From Eledone cirrhosa (Eukaryota): DNA of 64,000 nucleotides. This document shows, piece after piece, positions 38,969-52,679 of this stretch. Under the pieces are notes generated by a model that ran no database searches, was not told where the DNA came from, and saw only the letters and a list, made by a program, of their open reading frames with translations. A program made the position numbers and the translations under genes. How positions within the stretch are numbered: position 1 is the first letter of the stretch; each line of letters begins with the position of its first letter. The stretch spans positions 10,539-74,538 of the forward strand of contig CAXHJY010000255.1 of assembly GCA_964016885.1 (NCBI GenBank), given 5' to 3'.

Positions 38969-41589
38969 TCAAGTTGGTTTGAAATTATCAAATTTAGCTG
39001 TTTTATGTCTACAGAAAATTGACTGTTCAATTTTGCTGTTAAGCAGCATTTTGTCATATTTTAAAATATGGAGCAACTCCATATTGCAAAGTCCACAGTG
39101 GGAGATTCCATTTCTGTAGGCCTTTGCCCCTGACAGTTTCGACCAGCTAATCCAGTATTCTTGGTTTGTATCTTTAAGCTGCCAGATTTCATTGGCCAGC
39201 GTTGTTGTGTTCATTAGTTTATGGTTCTTTATAGAGTGTCTGTGGACGTACCATCTTTTTTGTAACTCCCCTGCCGTAGAATCTATGTATTGCCATGCTA
39301 ATTGCCTGAATTTATAGTACACAATATTTGACTCCAGGCATCTATTTTGTAGTGGGCACTTATCCGGTAAGTGACAGTTACATTTGGAGGCCTTCCTATG
39401 TCCTGGTTCAACGATGCAGTTTTGTATGTTGTTATGTATGGGCTGAGATTTGGGTTTGTTGATGTATTGTTGTGATGTGTTCTGACGTGTGTGAGGTTGT
39501 GATGGTGTTATGTGTTTTTGTGTTTTGTATTTGGTGTTATGGTGTTTGTTTGTAGGTTATTTTCATTAGAGATTCTTTTATAGTTAATTTTAGTATGTGT
39601 GATTCTATGTTGGTTGCAGTAGAGTATGATAGTTTGATAGTATTTCTATTAAAGATTTTATGGTATTTGTGAAATTTAGGGAAGTGTTTGTCAATTAATT
39701 TAAAGAATGTAGAAGGTAGTTTGGTTTTTATAGAGGAGTTAAATATTGGATTGAACCATAAGTATTTCCTATCTCTGGATTTTCTATAGTTCCTAGGGGT
39801 CCTTATATTAGTATTTGGTTCATTTATTTCTGGTGTTCGTTGTCTATTTCTATGTTTAGTCCTATATTTGTTATTTCTATAGGTGTGGGTGGTGTTATTG
39901 CTGTTAAGTGTGTTGTTGTTTGTATCTGGTATGTATTTGAGCCTCTCTTTGTGGCCTGCCTTAAGTAAAGCTATGTTGTAGTAGTTCACGCGTTCATTAA
40001 AAATCTCTAGGTTAGAAGATAAGCGTGAAATTCTAAGGGATATACTATGTGCTATGGAGTTTTTATGGAGCGAGGGTGGTTTTAGTTATAACTAATGTAG
40101 GCTAGATTTTCGTTATTTTTATGGAAGGGCTGTATTAGTCCTGTGTTTAGGTTGAGTGATACATCTAAGAAGTTAGCTTTTTTAGAGTTGAGTTCAGAAG
40201 TGATACTTAGGCCTAGTTTATTGAAGAAGGTTCTAATCTTTTATAAATTCCTCCCTGGAGGTTATCAAATTCCTTATGTAAGATATATATTCCAACCATG
40301 TCTGTTACTTGAGCTGAGTCGTTAGATCCCATAATGATATCAAAGCTATTCTGTCTGTTTTTTTCTTTCCCAGTAACTATTATCGAACCTAATGATAGTT
40401 CTTCTAGCAGCTAATAGTATTTTAATTTTATCTGGTGATAGGTCAGAGTTTTTTTGTGCAAAGGTTAGTGCCTTATTTTGGGTGACTGGGGAAATAGAAG
40501 AGTAGTAGTCATTGATGTCAAACTGTATGAAGTCGGATGTTTCCTTATTGTTTAATTCGCTAAACCAATCTATTGCTTCATTAGTGTTACCCCAAAGCTT
40601 AATTATTAGTTTTTCTTTAATTTGTGGTATTATTCTATCTAGTATATACTTGCTAATTCTACCTATATCCGATTTTGATGGGCATATTAATCTAATAGTA
40701 GGGTCAGTTTCGAAGTTGCATTTATGATCTTTAAGATTAAAAGTGGGTTTACAAGGGATTAGAGGTTCGGTTTTATCAGATATTTTCAGTTTTTTTACTA
40801 TGTCCTTCCTTATTAATATTAGTGAGTGTAGACTCTGCAGTTTTCTTGTATTTTTTGTGTAATTCCTGGCGTATGAATTTGTTGTATGTATTAAGGCTCA
40901 TGGTGTATTCCTTTGATGTTTTGTCTGCCTTTACTATAATACTGTTGGTGTTACGCAATTTTTTTAGTAGTGTATTGATGTCGTTTTGCAGCTTGTTGTG
41001 ATGTGTCCATTTTTTGAATTTGGTTCCGTTTATCAGGTTCATGAGGTCAAGTTCAAAGGCATCAAGGTGGGGTCTGTTCGGTGGATTTTTGCAGAATTTG
41101 AACCCATATTTTTCACTGGTAAATTCCTCATTCTTATTATTAGTATGTCCTTTATCGTAATGATATGCTTTCCATCAGATTCGACGGATAAAGTCATTAG
41201 TTCGTTGTATCATACCGAGTGTATAAGCCCTATTTGTAGAATACGTATGTTTTTTAAGGACATGCCTATGTGGTGTCTTTCCATGTTAGTGCCATGCGTT
41301 AAGGTTGTTGCTCAACCTAGTCGGAGCTTGGTATATGGGATAACAAATTATCGTTATAGGTAATCCAGTTAGAGGTTGTGAATACTCCGTATTCTGGATA
41401 GTTTTAGCGTACAGCGTTGTTTGACTCAACAAGAGGTTTCCTTGGGTGGCGAGTTTATGAGTTCTCTTGCATTCCTATGTAAGTTTATCTTCGAGTAATA
41501 AAAGTTAAAGAATGAAGAATATATATATATATTTATATATATATTCATAAAATAAAAAATTCTCTCTACATGGCTGAATACAATAAATG

Positions 41590-41590
<1 letters not shown>
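38969..41590 (-). mobile_element. Naiad-type Penelope-like element (RT + GIY-YIG), degenerate
   Basis: Minus strand YGFK..NPP..HLDAFELDL, IVKADKTS, RLICPSKSDIGRISK, FIQFDINDYYSSI, WFNPIF..IDKHFP..HKIFNRNTIKLSYS, CNC..CPLQNRC, KRWYVHRHS, CGLC..LLN..CRHK; stops, frameshifts and an RT-core deletion. Confidence 0.9.
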
Positions 41591-41640
<50 letters not shown>

Positions 41641-41787
41641 CATACAAGAAAGTAGTACAGCATAATCGGAGCTCTGGTTGCGGGTATATGTATATATACA
41701 TATATATATACACATATATATATACACACATATATATATATATACACACATATATATATATACACACATATATATATATATATATAT

Positions 41788-41960
41788 ATCATCATCACTG
41801 TTTTACGTCCGTTCTTCCACACTAGCATGGGTTAGACGGGTTGACCTGTTGTGAGCAGTAGCCGGTCGGCTGACCTTGCCTTGTTCATACGAGAACTGAT
41901 TCTGGCTTGATTTCTACAGCTGGATGCCCTTCCTAACACCAACCTCATTTACAGTGAGTG

Positions 41961-41961
<1 letters not shown>
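41788..41961 (-). mobile_element. SINE A / RTE-module 3' fragment
   Basis: Contains ggttggtgttaggaagggcatccagc and a tail gaagaacggacgtaaaac..tgatga. Confidence 0.7.
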
Positions 41962-42021
<60 letters not shown>

Positions 42022-42216
42022 TCAGAGCAAACAGCACGGACACTCTATCTCAAAATTATTTTTGAAAAGCATTTAGAAATGCGCAACCGGTAAAAACTTA
42101 AAAACTTTAAACCACAACTGAATACTAACCCATACAATCACTAATACTCTTTTATTCCTAATTAAACCATTTTTCAACTGTGAACAATTTGTCAGCATTT
42201 TCTATTCCGTTTACCA

Positions 42217-42256
<40 letters not shown>

Positions 42257-42394
42257 GTATGTATAAATATATATATATTTATATATATATATATATATAT
42301 ATATAAGTGTATATATATATGGAGATAACGATAATATATATATGAAATATATAAAACCATAGAGCAAATATTTATTAAAATAACAGATTAAAGT

Positions 42395-43245
42395 TTAAGC
42401 AAATAATCGCTGCCATCACTTTGCCACTTCTTAGGGCTATCAATTTCACTAAAACGCTCACGGTAATTAAGGATTTCGAAGTTGATGTCATCCTCAATGC
42501 CCGTAAGTCGGTGATTAATTTTGACAAATCTATTTGGATAAAATAATCTAATAGTACCCCATTCAACGCGAGTATGGGCGCCAGTGATTTGGCGGAGGTT
42601 ACAGACGGTATCGGCCTATTTCTACTCTTCTCTATCAAGGAGAAATTCCCTAATGTAGGCAGAGGCCTGTACCGCGATGATGGTCTTTTGACCATGACCA
42701 AGTGTGGTCCCCGCGCTTGCGACAGGTTTAGGAAAGAACTCACAGCTTTCTTTAATGGCTTCAACCTCTCCATACAAGGTGAGGCCAACCTTTCTGTTGT
42801 AAACTACCCCAACGTAACACTCAACTTGTCGAATGGCTTGCACTACCCGTATAGAAAGCCGAATGATACGCTTAATTACATTAGTAAGCATTCTAACTTT
42901 TCAGCCAGCATAATCAAGTACCTGATAAGAAATGTTTCATTCCCATCTATCAACAATCAAGCATATTTTCACCGATCATTCCACATATTACAATGAAGCT
43001 CCAGCTTGGAGTGGATTTGTTGATAAGCTAGAATATACCTTGGAAAAATAGATCCAGCTGCATTATATGGTATAACCCACCATATAATAATGGAGGTGGC
43101 CACACCTTTAGCTAAAACCTTTCTCTCTCTAATTAAGAAACATTTCCCCTCAACACATAAATATAAAATTTTTAATAGAAACACTGTTAAAATCTCTTAC
43201 TCCACAACTCCTAACTTTGCACATAACATCACTGCTTCAAATTTG
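42395..43245 (+). mobile_element. Naiad-type Penelope-like RT fragment
   Basis: SMGASDLAEVTDGIGLFLL..GLYRDDGL..VNYPNVTLNL..PYRKPND..YISKHSN; WYNPPY..FLSLIKKHFP..IFNRNTVKISYSTTPN. Confidence 0.88.
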
Positions 43246-43325
43246 TATATATTATCATCATCATCGTTATGTATATATATTTGTATATATCATCATCATC
43301 ATTGTTATGTATATATATATATATG

Positions 43326-43357
<32 letters not shown>

Positions 43358-43466
43358 TTATCCACTCTCAAGTGTGAACCTAATACCAACACTGTTCGTA
43401 ACTGCACCTCTTGTTATTGTTTTTGTTTTTTACTTTGCCAATATATACATATATATATATATATAT

Positions 43467-45530
43467 GATAACTGGAATTTCTTACATGACAACTTACTGC
43501 AGGCTACTGAAGAGACTTGTGGCTGGAGCAGAGCTCCAACCAGACAGAGAGTAACCTGGTGGTGGAACAGCACAGTAGATAAGGCCATTAGAGACAAAAG
43601 ACTAGCATGGAAGGCTTGGATAAATGGAGGGAGTAGAGACAGATATACAGCCGCTAAGAGAGAAGCTAGACGTCAGGTGTACTTAGCACGCAGGGAGGCT
43701 GAGAGTAGGAGGTTTGCCAATGTTCTGTGACAGGAAGATCAGAGACGTGCGGTGTTCCACATTGCAAGGCAGTGTGTCAGTGCAAATCAGGATGTTGTTG
43801 GAGATAAGTGTGTTCGGAATGATGCTGGTGTACTTACTGTCACTAACGAACAGAAAAAGGAGGCCTGGAAATGTCATTATGAGAGACTGATGAATGTTGA
43901 GAACGAATGGGAGAGAGAGAAATTACCCCCAGTAGATCCGACAGAGGGACCATCTATTGAGATTGACGAATATAGGGTCCAAGAGGCAATGAAGGAAGAG
44001 GCAAATCGTAAGGCCGCTGGGCCGTTGGGGATAGTTGTTGAGATACTGAAGGCATCAGGAGAAGTAGACACTAAACTGGTTGCACGCATCATCACTCAAG
44101 CTATATATGGCAGAGTCATACCCAAAGACTGGTACAGCAGTATTCTCATAAATTGTTTCAAAGGTAAAGGGGATGCTCTGGAGAGGAGAAATTATAGGGG
44201 TATAAAACTGATGGATCAGGTTATGAAAGTGGCAGAGAAGAATATTAGCGCAATTAATTAGAAAAAGGGTCAAATTAGATGAGATGCAGTTTGGTTTTGT
44301 GTCTGGGAAAAGTACAACAATTACAAGAGAGGTTCTTAGAGAAGAATAAGCCACTATACTTAGCCTTTGTTGACCTAGAGAAGGCATTTGATAGGGCACA
44401 CTGATCTGTTATCTGGTGGTCCCTAAGGAGTTTAGTGAGGAATTCCAGATACAAGTAGGAGTACATCAGGGTTCGGTCCTCAGCCTGCGCTTGTTCATTA
44501 TAGTCTTCCAAGCCATAACAGTGGAGTTTAAGACTGGCTGTCCATGGGAACTTCTCTATGCTGATGATCTGGTTCTTATAGCAGAATCAGTAGAGGAGTT
44601 AGAGAATAAATTCTGGCTATGGAAACAGCAGTTGGAATCAAGAGGACTGAGAGTGAACCTAGCTAAGACAAAAGTGTTGTTGAGTAGAAAAGAGGACAAA
44701 ACTCTGATTCCATCAGGGAAATGACCATGTTCAATATGTAGAAAAGGAACTGGCATAAATTCTATAAAATGTACACAATGCAGATCCTGGGTACACAAGA
44801 GATGTAGCGGGATAGCAGGCAAACTAACAGGTAGGGAGAAATACGTATGCAGTAGATGTACAGGGAAATTTGACAGTAGAAGTCGCATTGATAGACACAT
44901 TTTTCAAATGTAGGTGGCTGCTATAGAAGTGGTTGATAGCTTCCAGTACCTAGGTGATCAGATTAGCATGGGAGGGAGGTGTTCCGAGGCCATAGTATCT
45001 AGAATAAGGATGGGTTGGAAGAAGTTTAGGGAGCTGCTTCCTCTGCTGATGAAGAAGGGTTTCTCCTTGCATACAAAAGGCCGGTTATATGATGCCTGTG
45101 TGAGGAGCGCGATGTTGCATGGTAGTGAGACATAGGCAGCAACTGCAGAGGATATGTGATGGCTGGAGAGAAATGAGGCAAGCATGCTCTGTTGGATGTG
45201 CAATGTCAATGTGCGTGAAAGACCCAGCATGAATGTGTTAAGAAAGAAACTGTGTATAAGAGGGATAAGTTGTAGTGTGCAGGAGAGAAGACTGAGATGG
45301 TTCGGGCATGTGATGCACATAGAGGATGACCGCTGGGTAAAAAAGTATCAACATATCCCAGTAGAAGGAAGACGCAGTAAAGGAAGACCAAGAAAAACAT
45401 GGGCGGAGGTGGTGAGAGCAGAACTCAGATCACTGAAGCTTACAGAGGAGATGACGAAGAACAAGTGAAGTGAATAGGACCCGTCCTAGCCTTGCAAGCA
45501 AGGAAAAGAGGACGTAAATTGATGATGATG
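43467..45530 (+). mobile_element. RTE LINE, long 3' portion (pseudogenised RT)
   Basis: TWWWN, NYRGIKLMDQVMKV, QVGVHQGSVLS, ELLYADDLVL, Cys-rich insert, RRLRWFGHV, tail plus (TGA)n. Confidence 0.93.
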
Positions 45531-45789
45531 ATATATATATATTGGACTGTTGAAGTATACAGACGTGTTTTTTTATTTCTCTCTACCAAAGTCAGTAGCA
45601 AGCTTCATAGCTTTAAAGCCTAACTGACCGTACATATATATTTGTATATTTGTAACCACGTGTTTTCCTACAAACTCGTAAGCACGTTTTTTTTAAACTA
45701 CAGATTATTATATACACTCATTGTTCAACCAAATAACCAAATAACCAAAAACTCACATCCATAAAGGAGAATATACCTGTCCTTTGGAT

Positions 45790-46460
45790 GGTTCAAGTAG
45801 CTTTCAATGTAGCTCATTAAACTAAACAAAGTAAATTTGAATACATAGAAGAAAAACGTACTTTATGTAAACATGAAAACCTTAGGCACTATTCCAGCGA
45901 AATAATTAATATGTGAGTTCAGTGTCATCCGTTATACCATGTAACAACAGAAATCCAGTCTAGGTATAAATGTTTTCGACAACAGTAAAAGCGCATCATG
46001 AAATAGAGAAGTGAAGTAAATAATAGACACTATTATGTACAGAGCATAATATTGTAAAAGTTATGATATCACTTAATGTATGAACATCAAGCTTGAAACG
46101 ATAAATTATACAATGTCAAATCTATCTGTTAGAAATTGCTGGTTGTGAAATATACAAAATGATATTGTTAGTCTCAAGGAAGCGTACCTTTTGTTTCAAG
46201 TACAAAGAGTAAATAAAAATTCGAATGAGCCGAATTACGAAAGATAACTCTTGTCTTACTTAATCACGAAAATTCACACAAATAACCAAAACTTTTTTAA
46301 TGTCTCCAAAGGCCCCAATATGGATTTTTGAAAGCCTTTGTAGATCATGTACAGGTTTTGTGCAAGGAGAAGCTCTGTAAAAAATTTCAAAGAAATCGCA
46401 TAAATGGTTTAGAATATATGAGCCCTCATTAAAAATTGTCCACACACATACAGAAAATTT
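45790..46460 (-). mobile_element. Second copy of the Helitron-like element, with an extra internal segment
   Basis: Reverse complement of 28490-29025, with additional sequence at about 45990-46185. Confidence 0.65.
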
Positions 46461-46519
46461 TGTCTTCAGATAACCAAAGGCTCACTCACATAAGAAAGAG
46501 TATATATATATATAAAAAA

Positions 46520-49500
46520 TTACAAAAAATAAAAAACATGACTACTAACCAACAGGCCTACAGTGGACAAAATTGGTCTGATAATGAAATTGACCTCTTA
46601 ATAAACACATGGTTTTCTCTGTCCCAAACAATAAACATTAACGCTTCGTGTCTGAATGAGATTGCTGAAAAAACAGTGCAAACATTCACCACGAAGTAAA
46701 ACAAGTAAAACAAGTCGAAGTCTCTTTCAAACTAATTCAAAACCATTTTGAAAAACTTCGATATATTTACTCCAATGGTCAAACACAACAAGAGCGAGAA
46801 AAACAAGAGCCACTACTAAATTACAGCATAATAGCTTATTTACTGAACAATAGTATCTCTTCACCACTCTCTCACAGCAACCACCATAGTTATCATCATC
46901 ATTGTCATTACCTCCACTGCCACCATCGTCTTCTGCCACATCAACTGCTGGTAGTGGACCACTGCTTTCTCACAGCATCACCCCAGTTATCATCATCATC
47001 ATCGTCATCATCACCACCGCTGCCACCATCGTCCTCTTCCACCTCAACAACTACTAATAATAATAATAATAATCCGCTGCTTTCTTCTTCCCCCCACATC
47101 GCCACCACAGTCCTGCTGTAGGTAGTACAAAGAACCTTTAAAAAAAAATCTATGTAGCTGTATGCGCCCCCCCCCCCCCACTACACAAACAAGAAACCTC
47201 AAAATATGCCGCTACTCACTACGTCAGAGGCTCTGCACACGTAGCGACTGCATCTTCACTCATTTACCTGGCACTAGACGCACAAACACTACCAGCCAAC
47301 ACCAAAGCATACTTCTCATAATAACACCAACACCAACACCACCAAATAGTAAACTGAGAGAGAGACTATGTCTGCTGCGTGACTGTCCCTTCAGTCATCT
47401 TCCAGGGACCCAATGCACTAACAGAAAAAGGGGCTCCGAGCCCACACACAAACCACAATAAAACCACACCCTGCTGCAGTAATGCTGGTCCAGTCTTTTC
47501 ACAAAGACACAAATACAACAACAACAAAAGAGGGAACTACAACCCTATCCAACAGTGTAACCACAATTCCAGTCAAAAGCTGCTCCCTAAACAGGAAAAT
47601 TTTTCTTTTTTTTTTTCCTTTTCTTCTTTTTTAGCCATGTTGAACCTGGCAAAAGAGATACAGAAAAACCTTTTAGCCATCACCCAACACCATCCTATGA
47701 TATTACCCCAGTGCACCAACCCCCCACATTGCTGTCACTAACACACAATCTCAAAACAAGCCCCTGCAACAGTCAAAACCAACCACTACATTAGCCTCCA
47801 CATTTATACTCAATGCACAAGGTGCATTGATGCCTATCCATCAATGCACAGAAATGGAAGATCCAATTCATTGAGGATTGGGTTGGTAACCATCCACCCC
47901 ACATCCCTTTCTTCATTCTGACTGAAACCCACTTGGAGGCCGAAGTAAAAGTGAGGAATTTCATAACCATCCACGCAGATCGTGTTGACAGAAGGAAGGG
48001 TGGAAATGCCATTTTCCTGCATGATTCCTTTACAGAAATGGAAATATCACATTTTCCAATGGCTACTGTGAATCAGTCACCATGTACAACAAAGCCAATG
48101 ACCTGATATTAGTTGGGCTCTATAGGCCACCACAAACACCTATAATGCGCTTCAAAGAATGCCTCAACAGCATTAAGTTCTTTATTAAACAGTGCCATTC
48201 TAGCAACACACTTTTGATGGAAGACTTTAATCTACCCTGTGTTGGTTGGACTACAAACAGTTTGAAACCAGGCACTCCAACCTCAACCACTGACAAAGAA
48301 GCAGTCGAGTCACTTCTCCACGTTATGAATGAGTTTTTCTTGTCCCAACTTGTCCTTGCACCAACAAGGTATCTGAAGAACATTTACGACCTAGTGTTTA
48401 GTAACCACACTAACACTATCCATAATATTACAGTCGAAAAAACCCTTCTTTCATGGTTCTTTGTAACCTGAGATTCTATCAGCCAAAAGCTAATCCTAGT
48501 GACCTCTCTCCAGCCCACCCATTTGATAACATGGATCTCTATAATGCCAACTGGGATGCAATCATGAACGAGCTATCACATGTTGACTGGTCTTTTACAC
48601 ACGCACTCATTTCCACCAACATAAAAACATCTTGGCAGATCTTTGTAGACACTGTCACAAATATATGTGCAAAACACACGCCACCAAAACCTGTGAACAA
48701 AACTAAGTGCAGTATCCCCCAAATCAAAAAAACTATTATCAGAAAAATAAAAAGAACAAACAAAAAAATTAACACACTAAAATACTGCCAACAGTAACAC
48801 ACACATTCAATGGCTATCACCCTGCTTGAATCAAATAAATTATAACCTCCAACAATGCATGAAGACCATCATCAATAACCAAAGAACAGTTGAGAAGAAA
48901 TGGGCAATTGAGAAAATCAAACTCAACCCCAAATTGTTCTTTTCATTTGCGAAAAAACACAAGGTCACTGTCTCCACTGTTGGCTCTCTAATTGATGAAA
49001 ATGGCACACTCCAAGATAATACCAAAACCATGGGTGAGATACTGCAAAAAAACAATACTGCTGTTTTCAGCAATCCTGATATGACCGATCTGGGCCGTAT
49101 CAGTGATGTTAATCCCCAACACACTATATCAGACATAACGTTTGGCACCTCTGATGTCTTAGCGGCAATAAACAAAATTAAACACAGTCAGCAGTAGGCC
49201 CCAATAGGTTCCCTGCTTTTGTCCTGAAGGTGTGTCGACACCAACTTGCATCTCCGCTTGCTAATCTGTGGAGGAACTCACTGGATACTGGCTATATTCC
49301 TGCAAACTTTCTGTCCCAGTCCATTGTCCCAGTTTTCAAAAAGGGAAACAAGTCCCTTGCAGTGAACTACCGTCCGATCTCACTCACCTCTCATATCATC
49401 AAGGTATTTGAGAGGGTGGTGAGATTACAAATAACCCACTTTCTCGAAAGCAACGGACTGCTGAACTCCAACCAGCATGGGTTCCGTAATGGAAGGGACT

Positions 49501-50460
49501 GCCTAACGCAGTTCCTGCATCACCAATGGATCATCAATGAGGTTGGTGACCGGACTTGCCTTCAGTTAGACCTACTGGCTGTTATCCAATGGGCAGAAAA
49601 AAACAATATGCTGTTGAACGAGGATAAATTCGAGTTAATCCACTTTGGAAAAGAGGATGCCCTGAAACTCCCATACTCTCTTCCTTCAGGTGAAACTCTC
49701 ATGACATCCAGCAACATCACAGACTTGGGAGTAATTGTGGGCAACAACATAAGCTGGGCTACTCATATAAACAGCAAAGTTGACATGGCCCGCAGAATGT
49801 GTTCCTAGATTCTCAGAACCTTCCACTCGAGAGATATCCACACTGTTATCCTTCTCTTCTCCACATTTGCCTGACCCCACTTTGAATACTGTTGTCCACT
49901 GTGGTCTCCCCACACAAAACAAACTATCATGAAAGTTGAAGCACCTCAAAGGTCAATTACAAAAGAGATAGATGGCATGACTTCACTATTGGAGTCGATT
50001 AGAAAAACTCAACCTTTATTCTCTCCAACATCGCAGTGAGCGCTACATTATCTGCACGATGTGGAAGATATTCCATCAGTATTGCCCAAATGATGTTGGC
50101 ATCACCTTTAAGTTACACCCAAGGCTTGGGCCCCGTGCTATCCACCCACAACAAAAATCTCAATTGCATCTCATAACAACAATACGGCACAATTATTTCA
50201 CCTCAATTGGCCCGGCTCTCTTTAACATTACACCAAAACACATCAAAACGGAAATAGACCCCGTCAAGTTCAAGAATTCTTTGGACAAATTCCTTCAAGA
50301 AATCTCGGAAAAAACTCCTACACCCGGCTATGTCACTGCAAACAATAACTCCTTTCTTGAGTGGGCCATGGTGCCCAAACCCTGATATGAAAGACTCCAC
50401 CAGGTAGTGCTATTAAGTTAGACATGGCCTGGGCCAATACTGACCGAAAGCTATCAAAGT
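46520..50460 (+). mobile_element. CR1-group LINE, near full span, degenerate (ORF1 + APE endonuclease + RT)
   Basis: ILTETHL, GLYRPP, MEDFNLP, PTR..NIYDLVF (endonuclease); IVPVFKKG..NYRPISLTSHIIKVFER..QHGFR; PHFEYCCPLWSP; FKNSLDKFL; the QG..YADD core is deleted. Confidence 0.88.
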
Positions 50461-50569
50461 TATATATTATATATATATAATATATATAATATATATATAT
50501 ATAATATATATATTATATAATATATATATTATATATATATATATATTATATATATATATTTCCTAGGAT

Positions 50570-50835
50570 AGTGGAAAACTTGAACTGTTAAGGTATTTTT
50601 CTTGGTTATGTCAAAATTTATTAAACACACTTCCTATTTTATCTGATGAAAGCGTACCAAAGTTTTGGTACCCTTGAAATATATATAATAGAATAAATAT
50701 GGTTTTATAAATATAGTTTCCATTTATTTAATATCATTGAATATTATACTCCAGAAAACTTGTCGAGTGCTCTGAATCAGTTATAAACATTTATATTTGT
50801 TGAATTACCAACAAATTGAATATCCCTTATGCTTA
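50570..50835 (+). mobile_element. Penelope-like terminal repeat with hammerhead
   Basis: Collinear with 34020-34272; both flanks are (TA)n. Confidence 0.7.
50635..50695 (+). ncRNA. Minimal hammerhead motif
   Basis: tattttat-CTGATGA-aagcgtaccaa/ttggtaccctt-GAAA-T-ATAT-A-TA-atagaata. Confidence 0.78.
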
Positions 50836-50847
50836 TATATATATATA

Positions 50848-51578
50848 TCATCATCATCATCATTTTACGTCCGCTTTTCCCTGCTTGCAAGGGTGGGATG
50901 GGTCTTATTCAGCACAGCATCTCTCCACTCGTCACGGTCCCTCGTCATCTCCACCGTGAGCTTCAATGATCTGAGGTCTGTTCTCACCACCTCCGCCCAT
51001 GTTTTTCGTGGTCTACCTCTACCACGTCTTCCTTCAACTGGCATTTCCTGGCACTTCTTCACCCATCGGTCATCCTCCATGCGCATCACATGTCCATACC
51101 ACCTCAGTCTCCTCTCCCGTACACTACATTCTATCCCTCTCAGACACAGTTTCTCTCTCAACACATTTATGCTGGGTCGTTCACGCACATTTACACTGCA
51201 CATCCAATGGAGCATGCTTGCCTCATTTCTCTCCAGCCGTCGCATATCCTCTGCGGTTGCTGCCCATGTCTCACTACCATGCAGCATCGCGCTCCTCACA
51301 CAGGCATCATACAACCGGCCTTTCGTACGCAGGGAGAAACCCTTCTTCGTCAACAGAGGAAGCAGCTCCCTAAACTTCTTCCAACCCGTCCTTATTCTAG
51401 ATACTATGGCCTCGGAACACCCTCCTCCCATGCTAATCCGATCTCCTAGGTACCGGAAGCTATCCACCACTTCTATAGTGCCCTCTCGCATTTGAAAAAT
51501 GTGTCTATCAGTGCGACTTCTACTGTCTAATTTCCCTGTACATCTACTGCATACATATTTCTCCCTACCTGTTAGTTT
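50848..51578 (-). mobile_element. RTE LINE 3' end with open ORF (young copy)
   Basis: Uninterrupted KLTGREKYVCSRC..IEVVDSFRYLGD..RRLRWYGHV..REKRT* followed by (TGA)n. Confidence 0.93.
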
Positions 51579-51589
51579 ATATATATATA

Positions 51590-51722
51590 TAGCCGTCGAA
51601 ACAGCTTCAGCTCTGCCGTCAGGGTTAAACATTTTCCTCTTACTCACTCTACAACCCTAAGTATTGAGTACTCTGGTGTGTTATGGTCCATCTGGTTCCT
51701 GACCACACTTCCTTCATTATAA
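51590..51722 (+). mobile_element. Penelope-like terminal fragment with the 3' half of a hammerhead
   Basis: tagccgtc-GAAAC..GTC-agggt; homologous to the 6046-6246 family. Confidence 0.55.
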
Positions 51723-52019
51723 TGTATATATATATATATATATATAGTAATAATAATAAATTTGAAGACTAAAATCCAAAGAGGGCTCAATAAGGACAAG
51801 TATATATCAGATATATAAGAACCGTAGAGCAAATATAATGTGGTTGGTGTTAGGAAGGGCATCCAGCCATAGAAAACCTGCCAGATAGTACGAGCGAGAC
51901 ACGGTGACCCGACCAACCTTGCCTCAAATTGGGACAACTCCCGTCTAACCCATAACGCATCTAATCCATGATAGCGTGGAAGAACAGACGTAAAACAGTG
52001 ATGATGATGATGATGATAT

Positions 52020-52212
52020 ATAATTGTTTCTACTTTTGGCACAAGGCCAGCAAATACCCAGTGTATTACTGGTACTTTATTTTATCGACCCCTTAAGGAT
52101 GAAAGGCAAAGTTAACCTCGGCGGGATTTGAACTCAGAATGGAAAGGGCCGTAACTCTATGCGTCTTAGCATGGCGTCCGACTCTCTACCGATACTGCCA
52201 ATTCACCGCCCT
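52020..52212 (-). mobile_element. SINE family B
   Basis: Reverse complement of family B. Confidence 0.88.
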
Positions 52213-52257
52213 ATAATATATAATGATGATGATGATGATGATATATAATGTGTATAT

Positions 52258-52665
52258 AGAGGATATGCGACGGCTGGAGAGAAATGAGGCAAGCATGCTC
52301 CGTTGGATGTGCAGTGTAGATGTGCGTGAACGACCCAGCATAAATGTGTTGAGAGAGAAACTGTGTCTGAGAGGGATAGAATGTAGTGTACGGGAGAGGA
52401 GACTGAGGTGGTATGGACATGTGATGCGCATGGAGGATGACCGATGGGTGAAGAAGTGCCAGGAAATGCCAGTTGAAGGAAGACGTGGTAGAGGTAGACC
52501 ACGAAAAACATGGGCGGAGGTGGTGAGAACAGACCTCAGATCATTGAAGCTCACGGTGGAGATGACGAGGGACCGTGACGAGTGGAGAGATGCTGAGTAA
52601 GACCCGTTCCACCCTTGCAAGCAGGGAAAAGCGGACGTAAAATGATGATGATGATGATGATGATG
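52258..52665 (+). mobile_element. RTE LINE 3' end
   Basis: EDMRRLERNEASMLRWMC..GRPRKTW plus tail. Confidence 0.92.
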
Positions 52666-52679
52666 TATATATAATTCAA

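Noticed and set aside
38969-39400. Selenocysteine-encoding Naiad variant
   Set aside because: The conserved CNC/CPL/CxxC/CRH cysteines I checked here and at 54230-54620 are TGT/TGC, not TGA
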